A stretch of 61,765 nt of DNA, counting the filler, from Isurus oxyrinchus (taxonomy: Eukaryota), in NCBI GenBank assembly GCA_026770705.1. It is 3 parts of 3 records of this genome, joined end to end, with 100 filler letters (N's around TTAATTAATTAA, not from the genome) between each part and the next. Parts side by side here need not be neighbours in the genome. Positions count along the whole stretch, not along the records: positions 50,548 to 61,765 come from JANJGN010001481.1; 2 more parts are not named here. One strand, written 5' to 3'. A program made the translations under genes and the position numbers. The notes beneath the pieces were generated by a model. It saw only the letters and a program-made list of their open reading frames with translations, ran no database searches and was not told the DNA's origin. Below, one piece after another: positions 52,300 through 61,765 of this stretch. The stretch's first letter is position 1; the number at the start of each line of letters is the position of its first letter.

Positions 52300-53395
52300 G
52301 CATGCACTGTCAGAGGGGCAGTACTGAGGGAGTACTGCACTGTCAGAGGGTCAGTACTGAGGGAGTGCTGCACTGTCGGATGGTCAGTACAGAGGGAGTG
52401 CCGCACTGTCAGAGGTTCAGTACTGAGGGAGTACTGCACTGTCAGGTGGTCAGTACTGAGGGAGTGCTGCACTGTCAGAGGGTCAGTTCTGAGGGAGTGC
52501 TGCACTGTCAGAGGGTCAGTACTGAGGGAGTGCTGCACTGTCAGAGGGACAGTACTGAGAGAGTGCTGCACTGTTTGAGGGTCAGTACTGAGCGATTGCT
52601 GCACTGTCAGAGGGTCAGTACTGAGGGAGTGCTGCACTGTCAGAGGGTAAGTACTGAGTGAGTGCTGCACTGTTTGAGGTTCAGTACTGAGCGAGTGCTG
52701 CACTGTCAGAGGGTCAGTACTGAGGGAGTGCTGCACTGTTGGAAGGTCAGTTCTGAGGGAGTGCTGCACTGTCAGAGGGTCACCACTGAGGGCGTACTGC
52801 ACTGTCAGAGGGTCAGCACTGAGGGAGTGCTGCACTGTCAGGGTCAGTACTGGGGGAGTGCTGCACTGTCAGAGGGTCAGTATTGAGGGAGTGCTGCACT
52901 GTCAGTGGTTTAGCACTGAGGGAGTGCTGCACTCTCGGAGGGTCAGTACTGAGGGAGCCCTGCACTGTCAGAGGGTCTGCACTGAGGGAGTGCTGCACTG
53001 TCAGAGGGTCTGCACTGAGGGAGTGCTGCACTGTCGGAGGGTCAGCACTGAGGGAGTGCTGCACTGTCAGGGGGTCAGTACTGAGGGAGTGCTGCACTGT
53101 CGGAGGGTCAGTGCTGAGGGAGTGCTGCACTGTCAGAGGGTAAGTACTGAGTGAGTGCTGCACTGTCAGAGGGTCAGTACTGAGGGAGTGCTGCACTGTC
53201 AGAGGGTCAGTGCTGAGGGAGTGCTGCACTGTCAGAGGGTAAGTACTGAGTGAGTGCTGCACTGTCAGAGGGTCAGTACTGAGTGAGTGCTGCACTGTCA
53301 GAGGGTCAGTACTGAGGGAGTGCTGCACTGTCAGAGGGTAAGTACTGAGTGAGTGCTGCACTGTCAGAGGGTCAGTACTGAGGGAGTGCTGCAGA
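52300..53395. repeat. 33-bp minisatellite (~33 copies)
   Basis: Unit GTCAGTACTGAGGGAGTGCTGCACTGTCAGAGG. Confidence 0.95.
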
Positions 53396-53419
53396 GTGAA
53401 CGCTGATAGAGAAGCGGAG

Positions 53420-54760
53420 GTCAAGTTGTGTTTGGTTTAAGGGCTGTGCTGAGGCTGGTTGAAATGGGTCAAGGTGTTGACTTGAATGTGAATTCTAATG
53501 GGTTGGGGAGTGAGGAGGACAGAAATCTGGCCACAGTTCTCGGGGAGAGAGGGAAAGGATTAAGAGTACATGAGTGTGAAATGGGTCAGGCATGAGTGAG
53601 AGCCTCCTCAAATGCAGTGAGTCAGGAGCGATCCTCGGTTGAGGAAAAGGAAGACATATGTGAAGCAATGTTGTGGAAGGTTGCAGAGTCGGAAATGATG
53701 CAAGCGAGACAGGAAAGGGGAGAATCGATTGGAGTCCTTACAGTAGGATGTGTGTGAGGAAGAGCAGCCACAGTCAGTGAAGATGTGGAAGTGTGCGGGC
53801 CCTTGGTGATTATTAGTAGGTTGACTACCCCCCCGAAATGGAGGCATAGAAGGTGAGGAAGTGAAGTGAATTGTGGAAAGTGAAGTCGATGGAGGGCTGG
53901 AAACTGGAAGGAAAACTGATGAAGGATTCTGGTTCTGCATGAGGGCAGGAAACACCATCGATGTGTACTTCGTGGGGGGGGTGGGGTGTAAAAGCCTAGG
54001 TAGGAGGCAGAGTAGGGCTGGAAAAGGGAACGTCACACATAACCCACAAAGAGACAGGTATAATTGGGATTTACCATAACAACACCTTTTATTTCGAGGA
54101 AGTGAGATGTACTAATGGAGGCAATGCTCAATTCCAGAACAAGTTCAGCCAAGGTTCTGATCTCAATCCTTTCCCTCTCTCCAAAAACCACGACCCCTGA
54201 TTTCCATTCTCCCTGCTTCCCAGCCCACTCGATTTCATATTCAAAGGAACGTCTTGGGCCAGCGCTGTTGAAAGCAGAGTGATTGAGTCGCTGTCCAAGG
54301 GAGAATCAGCGAGCACTCTGACCATTCTGGTAGGATATTGAGGTGTAGAGGTATTGGATGCCCACAGTGGACAGGTGGCCTCGAAGACCTTCGTATTGTT
54401 CAAGTCACATAGGGGCCATCACAAGAGGCACGGATGTGGGTGGGGAGAGGCTGGACAAGTGGAGAAAAGATTGAGTGAATATAGGAAGCAGTAAGTTCAG
54501 TTCTGCAGGAGCAGGCTGAAGATGGGGCTACCAGGGGAGTGCTGTTTGTGGATTATAGAAAGGAGATGGAAGTGAGCTGTTGGGCATTGGCCAACTATGA
54601 GTTGCAAAGCTGTGGAGGAAAGGTCTCCAGTGGAACTAAAGTCAGCTGCAGTGCTGAAAGCAATGGCTTGATGCTCCGTGGTGGGGTCATGGTTCAGAGG
54701 AGCTAGGAAGGAGTGCCTGGGAGCTGACATTCATCCTCTGCATGTAGAGGTCTGTACAGC
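53420..54760 (-). mobile_element. Old degenerate Penelope-like RT fragments
   Basis: Translations such as HTSYCKDSNRFSPFL and AHFHLLSIIHKQHSPGSPI parallel the intact copy. Confidence 0.7.
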
Positions 54761-56029
54761 GTACACCGATAGCAGCAACTTCTCAGCAGTTCTGCTAGAA
54801 AGATTATTGAACATTATTCTCACCAGACGTAGAAGCCACAGTGCAGAATGTGCTACACATCACTGCATGGTGTGTACTACATTGAGGATGTAACCCTGCT
54901 AGCTTTTTCATTCAAAGCAGAAACCCCCCTTCATATCACCGCCAACCATAGCTGCCCACCCAGATTTCTTAAAACAAGAATCATGGTGTTGCAACTGGAG
55001 TGAGCTGGTTCTCTCCAGCGTTCCCACACAGAGCGCCCAAGTGAAATGGAATAGATCCCCAGTCACCATCCACACCCTCAACACATGGGGCGCTAGAGCA
55101 GGAAACGGCTGACTGGTGGAAACTGAAGACACTGCGGGGAAACCTGTCATTGAAGCCAAGTGACCCAGAGGGACCCGAGCAAGAAACCTCTGAATGCACC
55201 GGGAGACGCCAGAAACAAGTTCCAAGAGGCTGTCAGGGCGGTGCAGCCTAGATCTGACCAGAATGACTACTGGTTACAACTCAGCCAGAACACCCAGGTG
55301 TCCTACCACACGGGGAATGGCAAGGGGCATACATGTCGCTATCAGAAAGGGAACAGGTCACTCGGTGAAGAAAGCTGCTCAATTCAAAAGAGAGGCGGGG
55401 GAGGTCATCACTGACTGCAATAAGCTGCTGGTGAGATGGTGTCACATTGGGTGGTACTCTAGGGAGAAGACTGTTACCAAGGAAACGCCAGGCATCCAGC
55501 AGAGGTAGTCCTGGCCTATGAAGTTGCCATGCCACCATTGATAGCTCCTCTTACCTAGGCTCCACTATCACCAGCAATCTGTCACTTCATGTCCAAACCA
55601 GCACACACACTGCACAAGCTCTGACTGTGATGAAACAGTGTAAGATATTGTGAGGTAACATCAACCTTACCAAGAACTTTGTCAAAGCCGCATTGGCAGG
55701 CGTGCTCCAATCTACACGGTGAGACCTGAGCACCATGGGCTAGGCAGGAGGACAGGCTCTCTCAGGCGTCTCCTCAGTATCTCTCACCAGGGGCAAGGTC
55801 ACCATGTCAGCCACTTCCATCAGCGCACACTCATTACTAATCCATGGATACCCTGGGCAAGCCCCTCCACGTTCACCGGATGGGGAGGTGGTTGTACACT
55901 CAACGCCCCTCCTGCACAGTCAGTTGGCCACTGGGTCACCACATCTTGGCCATTCACACCTCTGTTACGAAGACACTTGCAAAGGCAGACCTGAAGCTGG
56001 AGGGAGTGGACGTTGCAAACAGGACGATG

Positions 56030-56220
56030 GTCTCTGGCCTGTGGGGATGGGACTGTTTGGGTTCTCTTAGCTCAGGTTGTCTCTGGCCTGTGGAGGTGGG
56101 ACTGTTTGGGTTCTCTTAGCTCAGGTTGTCTCTGGCCTGTGGAGGTGGGACTGTTTGGGTTCTCTTAGCTCAGGTTGTCTCTGGCCTGTGGAGGTGGGAC
56201 TGTTTGGGTTCTCTTAGTCC
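56030..56220. repeat. 49-bp tandem repeat (~4 copies)
   Basis: Unit TGTCTCTGGCCTGTGGAGGTGGGACTGTTTGGGTTCTCTTAGCTCAGGT. Confidence 0.9.
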
Positions 56221-56579
56221 ATCTCTCCCCAGTGGATTTGTCCCTCGCCCATGGATCCCTCCTTTCTCTCTCTCTGCCCTCTCGGTTCCACATTGTGTGC
56301 AGAAACAGAAAGTTCCTCCATCTGTGGAGGGGACTGAGGAGAGACGGAGGCCACAGTGAATGGTTCACATTCCGCACCCACTGCCTTCATTGTCCGCAAA
56401 CGGCAGCGGAGGTGGAGAAGCCAGGGTCTGGGCTCTTGAGCCACACCGGGTGATGCTGGACAGAGGGTTGACCCGACAGGGCCACAAACCATTTCCCACA
56501 CACCCATATCCTCACCTGAAACACTCAATCACTCACATCATTGATGTTTGAATGTTCCCCAAGGCTGAACGGGGTTTGG

Positions 56580-57270
56580 TTGGTGGGAGAGGGAGTGGTG
56601 GGGGAGGACGGGGGAGGGAGGAGTGTGGGGAGGGGGAGTGGAGGGAGGGGAGAGGGTGTGGGGGGAGTGGCTGTGGGGTTAGTGTGGGGAGTGGGGGAGG
56701 GAGTGGGGGGAGTGGCCTGGCTGGGTGGGGGGAGTGGGTGGGGTGGGGGAGTGGCGGGGGAAGTGGGAAGGGGGAGTGGGAGTGGCAGGGCTGTGGGGGG
56801 AGTGGGGAGTGGGGTGAGGGGGAGTGGGGGCGGCAGGGAGGGTGAGTGGGGGGAGGGGCGAGGGAGGAGTGGGGGTAGGGGTGTGTGAGGGAGGGAGTGG
56901 GGGGGAGTGACCGTGGGGGGGTTGGGGTGACTGGGGGGGAGCGGGTAGGGGGCAGTGGGGGGCAGTGTTTGGGAGGGAGAGGGGGCAGTTGGGGGAGGGG
57001 GAGTGGCGGAGAGGTGTGGGGTGTGGGGAGTGGGAGTGGCGGGAAGGGGTGAGTGGTGGGTTGGGGGGGGCATTGGGGAGGAGTGGGCGGAGTGGCGGGT
57101 GTGGTGGGGGGAGTGAGGGTGGCGGGGAAGGGGAAGTGGGGGGAACGGGGGAGAGAGTGGGGGGAGTGGCGGGGGGTAGGGCGGAGTGGGGGATGTGGAA
57201 GTATTGGGGGATTCGGGGGAGGGGGAAGATGGTGGGGGGGAGTGGGGGGTGTAGAGAGAGAGAGAGAGAT
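56580..57270 (+). repeat. G-rich low-complexity tract (GGGGAGTGG-like)
   Basis: Dense G runs. Confidence 0.9.
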
Positions 57271-57565
57271 TGCTAGTTTCCCTCCAGCCTGTGTATGAAG
57301 ATTTGCTTCACACAAACCTCCCCGAAAGGACTTGCGCTTCTTATTTGAAGTGTTAACGCGCCAGCTTATATCTCATTTGGAAGGTGATTATTATTCTGGT
57401 TTGATTTGTTAATATTATTTTTGATTGGCCAGCTGGATTTTACCAGTTCACAATGAGGTAATTTGGTAAAGGAGAGAGAGCGGTTAATGATGGATTCTTC
57501 ATGGAGATTTGGAGCTGACCAGCTCACAGCCCTATCAGGACTGGCTCCTGGTTTCATGTCCGAGT

Positions 57566-57620
57566 CCCTGTGAACACCAGCAGCGCAGGGACAAGCCGCA
57601 GTGTCTGTGGGAACATTGGA
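57566..57620 (-). pseudogene. Decayed duplicate of a TCR beta-like V 3' end
   Basis: PTDTAACPCAAGV + CACAGGG, paralogous to 57983-58030. Confidence 0.6.
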
Positions 57621-57950
57621 AAAGCACAGATTAGGCACTGCTGGAATGAGATGAACTCTCAGAACAGTTTCAAATAGGTGCGATAGGCCGGGGGGAGGGG
57701 GCTGCCCTGTATAATCCGCCGCTTATTCCTGCCTCTTTGTTTTTATTGGTCTTCATTATGGAAAGGATTTGCTGTGGGAGGTAGGTTTGGACTTGTCATT
57801 CAGGTCAGACCGAGAGGCGTTGGGACATTTTATCCACTGGGAAGGTTGCAGTAAAAACCACATAGATCGTCACCAATATCCAGGTGGTTGCAGGACCACC
57901 ACTTACTGGAGTTTACAGAGGTTTTAGCTCCCAGTAGAACAGAGTGGGGA

Positions 57951-58071
57951 TGTTTTTGAACAAGATCTACACCTGTTTGAGTCTCTGTGTTCACCAGCAG
58001 CGCAGTAATAAACCGCAGTGTCAGTCGGCTCCACGCTCAGTATTTTCAGGCTGAACAACATAATCTCGGGC
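57951..58071 (-). pseudogene. TRBV: 3' end of a TCR beta-like V with 23-RSS, interrupted by a Penelope element
   Basis: PEIMLFSLKILSVEPTDTAVYYCAAGE, then CACAGAG, 23 bp, TCAAAAACA; homologous to FR3 of the 51290 V. Confidence 0.8.
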
Positions 58072-60155
58072 AAAAACAGAATTAGCTGGAAAAACTCAGC
58101 AGGTCTGGCAGCATCGGCGGAGAAGAAAAGAGTTGACGTTTCGAGTCCTCATGACCCTTCGACAGAACTTGATTTCGAGTCCAGGAAAGAGTTGAAATAT
58201 AAGCTGGTTTAAGGTGTATGTGTGGGGGGGGGGGGGGAGGAGAGAGAGAGAGAGAGACAGAGGTGCTTGTGTAGACAAACAAGCAGTGATAGAAGCAGAT
58301 CATCAAAAGATGTCAGTAACAATGGTACAAAAGAACACATAGGTGTTAAAGTTAAAGTTGGTGATATTATCTAAACGAATGTGCTAATTAAGAATGGATG
58401 GTAGGGCACTCAAGGTATAGCTCTAGTGGGGGTGGGGGGAGCATAAAAGATTTTAAAATATTTAAAAATAATGGAAATAGGTGGGAAAAGAAAAATCTAT
58501 ATAATTTATAGGGAAAAAAAAAGGGGGAAACAGAAAGGGGTTGGGGATGGGGGAGGGAGCTCACGACCTAAAGTTATTGAATTCAATATTCAGACCGGAA
58601 GGCTGTAAGGTGCCTAGTCGGAAGATGAGGTGTTGTTCCTCCAGTTTGCGTTGGGCTTCACTGGAACAATGCAGTAAGCCAAGGACAGACATGTGGGCAA
58701 GAGAGCAGGGTGGAGTGTTAAAATGGCAAGCCACAGGGAGGTTTGGGTCATTCTTGCGGACAGACCGCAGGTGTTCTGCAAAGCGGTCGCCCAGTTTACG
58801 TTTGGTCTCTCCAATGTAGAGGAGACCACATTGGGAGCAACGAATGCAGTAGACTAAGTTGGGGGAAATGCAAGTGAAATGCTGCTTCACTTGAAAGGAA
58901 TGTTTGGGCCCTTGGACGGTGAGGAGAGAGGAAGTGAAGGGGCAGGTGTTACATCTTTTGCGTGGACATGGGGTGGTGCCATAGGAGGGGGTTGAGGAGT
59001 AGGGGGTGATGGAGGAGTGGACCAGGGTGTCCCGGAGGGAGCGATCCCTACGGAATGCCGATAAGGGGGGTGAAGGGAAGATGTGTTTGGTGGTGGCATC
59101 ATGCTGGAGTTGGCGGAAATGGCGGAGGATGATCCTTTGAATGCGGAGGCTGGTGGGGTGATAAGTGAGGACAAGGGGGACCCTATCATGTTTCTGGGAG
59201 GGAGGAGAAGGCGTGAGGGCGGATGCGCGGGAGATGGGCCGGACACGGTTGAGGGCCCTGTCAACGACCGTGGGTGGAAAACCTCGGTTAAGGAAGAAGG
59301 AGGACATGTCAGAGGAACCGTTTTTGAAGGTAGCATCATCGGAACAGATGCGACGGAGGCGAAGGAACTGGGAGAATGGGATGGAGTCCTTACAGGAAGC
59401 GGGGTGTGAGGAGCTGTAGTCGAGGTAGCTGTGGGAGTCGGTGGGTTTGTAGTGGATATTGGTGGACAGTCTATCACCAGAGATTGAGACAGAGAGGTCA
59501 AGGAAGGGAAGGGAAGTGTCAGAGATGGACCACGTGAAAATGATGGAGGGGTGGAGATTGGAAGCAAAATTAATAAATTTTTCCAAGTCCCGACGAGAGC
59601 ATGAAGCAGCACCGAAGTAATCATCGATGTACCGGAGAAAGAGTTGTGGAAGGGGGCCGGGGTAGGACTGCAACAAGGAATGTTCCACATATCCCATAAA
59701 GAGACAGGCATAGCTGGGGCCCATGCGGGTACCCATAGCCACACCTTTTATTTGGAGGAAGTGAGAGGAGTTGAAGGAGAAATTGTTCAGTGTGAGAACA
59801 AGTTCAGCCAGACGGAGGAGAGTAGTGGTGGATGGGGATTGTTCGGGCCTCTGTTCGAGGAAGAAGCTAAGGGCCCTCAGACCATCCTGGTGGGGGATGG
59901 AGGTGTAGAGGGATTGGACGTCCATGGTGAAGAGGAAGCGGTTGGAGCCAGGGAACTGGAAATTGTTGATGTGACGTAAGGTGTCAGAGGAATCACGGAT
60001 GTAGGTGGGAAGGGACTGGACAAGGGGAGAGAGAAGGGAGTCAAGATAACGAGAAATGAGTTCTGTGGGGCAGGAGCAAGCTGAGACGATCGGTCTACCA
60101 GGGCAGTTCTGTTTGTGGATTTTGGGTAGGAGATAGAAGCGGGCCATCCGAGGTT
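58072..60155 (-). mobile_element. Penelope-like retroelement (Neptune-type), 5'-truncated inverted copy: RT + GIY-YIG
   Basis: 528-aa ORF 58561..60147 with FYLLPKIHK, GVAMG, RYIDD, Cys linker CPRKRCNTC and NLVYCIRC..LYIGET. Confidence 0.95.
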
Positions 60156-61765
60156 CTGTTTTTGTTTTGGATTTCCAGCATCCGCAGTTTTCTTTGTTTT
60201 CAACTCTGTGTTTAATTGACTGCCACTGCTCTTCAAGAAATGCCTACCTCCTTGAAGAAGTTCTGTTCCTCTCTGCGACAAGATTTCCGTATCTCTCTGT
60301 TGCCTTGTTCACCTTCTTTGCTTTCCATTTCCCTCCTAGTGTTTGACAAGGTGTTTACTAAAACCCGCTTTCACAGCCATATCTCCTTTCTCAGTGACTG
60401 CCTCCGTCTCCGACTTAACCCACGTGGATTTCAACTGAAATTCCACCCCTCATCTTTCGAACCCACCCAGGATTACCGGTATCTCCGGGACATAAAACGT
60501 TTCTCAGACTGCTGTTCCCGTCACATTCTGAAATCCACACTCAGTGCCATGCGCCGCCATATGAACACACTCGACCTTTCCCTCCAGCAGCACCGCCATA
60601 CCCTTTTTCAAAGCTGCGCGTGCCCCCAGTTTCATTTTATCCTTCGGCTCATCCGACGCCTCAACAAGAAACTTTTTCTCTTTCTCTCAACTGCTAAGGA
60701 ACGCAAGCTCCAACAACTCATCGACACCAACACCCATCTAGGACCCTCCACCCCAGCCTGTCCCTCCGTCCCCACCCCATCTTCCAATCCCAGCCCCAGC
60801 CGTGTATTCACTATACCCCCTGACCTTCCCCTCTCCGATGCTGAACGTTCAGTGCTCAGCAAAGGACTTAGTTTCATACCCTTACGCCCTCACCTCAATG
60901 AATTTCGGGCTCGGCATGATGCTGAACTCTTCTTTCGCCGTCTTCGTCTCCGGGCTCACTTCTTTGGGCAGGAGTCCTCTCCCAGTTCAACGGATCCTTT
61001 TACCCATCTCCAATATTCTCCCTCCACCTGGACCCCTCCCTCTGGATTCTTACCTTCTCTTGATCTTTTCATTGAGAACTGTCGGCGCGACATTAGTCGT
61101 CTCAATTTCTCTGCTCCTCTCACCCATTCTAACCTGTCTCTCTCTGAACTTACTGCACTCCATTCTCTCAGGTCCAACCCTGACATTGTCATCAAACCCG
61201 CTGACAAGGGTGGTGCTGTTGTTGTCTGGCGCACTGACATCTACCTCGCGGAGGCTGAGCGTCAACTCGCAGACACTTCCTCCTACCTCTCCCTGGACCA
61301 TGACCCCACCACTGAACATCAAGCCATTGTTTCCAGGACTGTCACTGACCTCATCTCCTCTGGGGATCTCCCTCCCACAGCTTCCAACCTGATAGTCGCC
61401 CAACCTCGGACGGCCCGCTTCTATCTCCTACCCAAAATCCACAAACAGAACTGCCCTGGTAGACCGATCGTCTCAGCTTGCTCCTGCCCCACAGAACTCA
61501 TTTCTCGTTATCTTGACTCCCTTCTCTCTCCCCTTGTCCAGTCCCTTCCCACCTACATCCGTGATTCCTCTGACACCTTACGTCACATCAACAATTTCCA
61601 GTTCCCTGGCCCCAACCGCTTCCTCTTCACCATGGACGTCCAATCTCTCTACACCTCCATCCCCCACCAGGATGGTCTGAGGGCCCTTAGCTTCTTCCTC
61701 GAACAGAGGCCCGAACAATCCCCATCCACCACTACTCTCCTCCGTCTGGCTGAACTTGTTCTCAC
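60156..61765 (+). mobile_element. Penelope-like retroelement, 5' part with open ORF running off the window
   Basis: Frame from ATG 60240 read without stops through IVIKPADKGGAVVVW and FYLLPKIHK; 61402-61765 is nearly identical to the reverse complement of ~59790-60155. Confidence 0.92.

Noticed and set aside
52300-53395. CRISPR-like array or repeat protein (also the 49-bp array at 56030)
   Set aside because: Head-to-tail repeats with no unique spacers, in a vertebrate genome.
56525-57315. Pro-rich and Gly-rich ORFs
   Set aside because: G-rich low-complexity sequence without gene structure.

Overview
Cartilaginous-fish (shark) antigen-receptor sequence. From memory the C-mu exons closely resemble Heterodontus IgM; the species is not verified. 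The window is three blocks joined by identical artificial 100-bp linkers (44 N + TTAATTAATTAA + 44 N at 25437-25536 and 50448-50547), so physical linkage between blocks is unproven. Block 1 (1-25436) is a NAR-TCR / TCR-delta V region, mostly on the minus strand: an apparently intact, unrearranged NAR-TCR L-V-D-J cassette, a second NAR-TCR gene already V(D)J-joined but pseudogenised, a pseudogenised leaderless supporting V-delta with a duplicated RSS, and several V relics. Block 2 (25537-50447) is a complete, apparently intact IgM heavy-chain cluster on the plus strand (L-V-D1-D2-J-Cmu1-4-sec-TM1-TM2) whose V and leader look IgW-like. Block 3 (50548-61765) holds broken TCR-beta-like V segments and a young Penelope-like retroelement in inverted configuration. 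The rest is CR1/L2 LINE, SINE, Gypsy and simple-repeat sequence.
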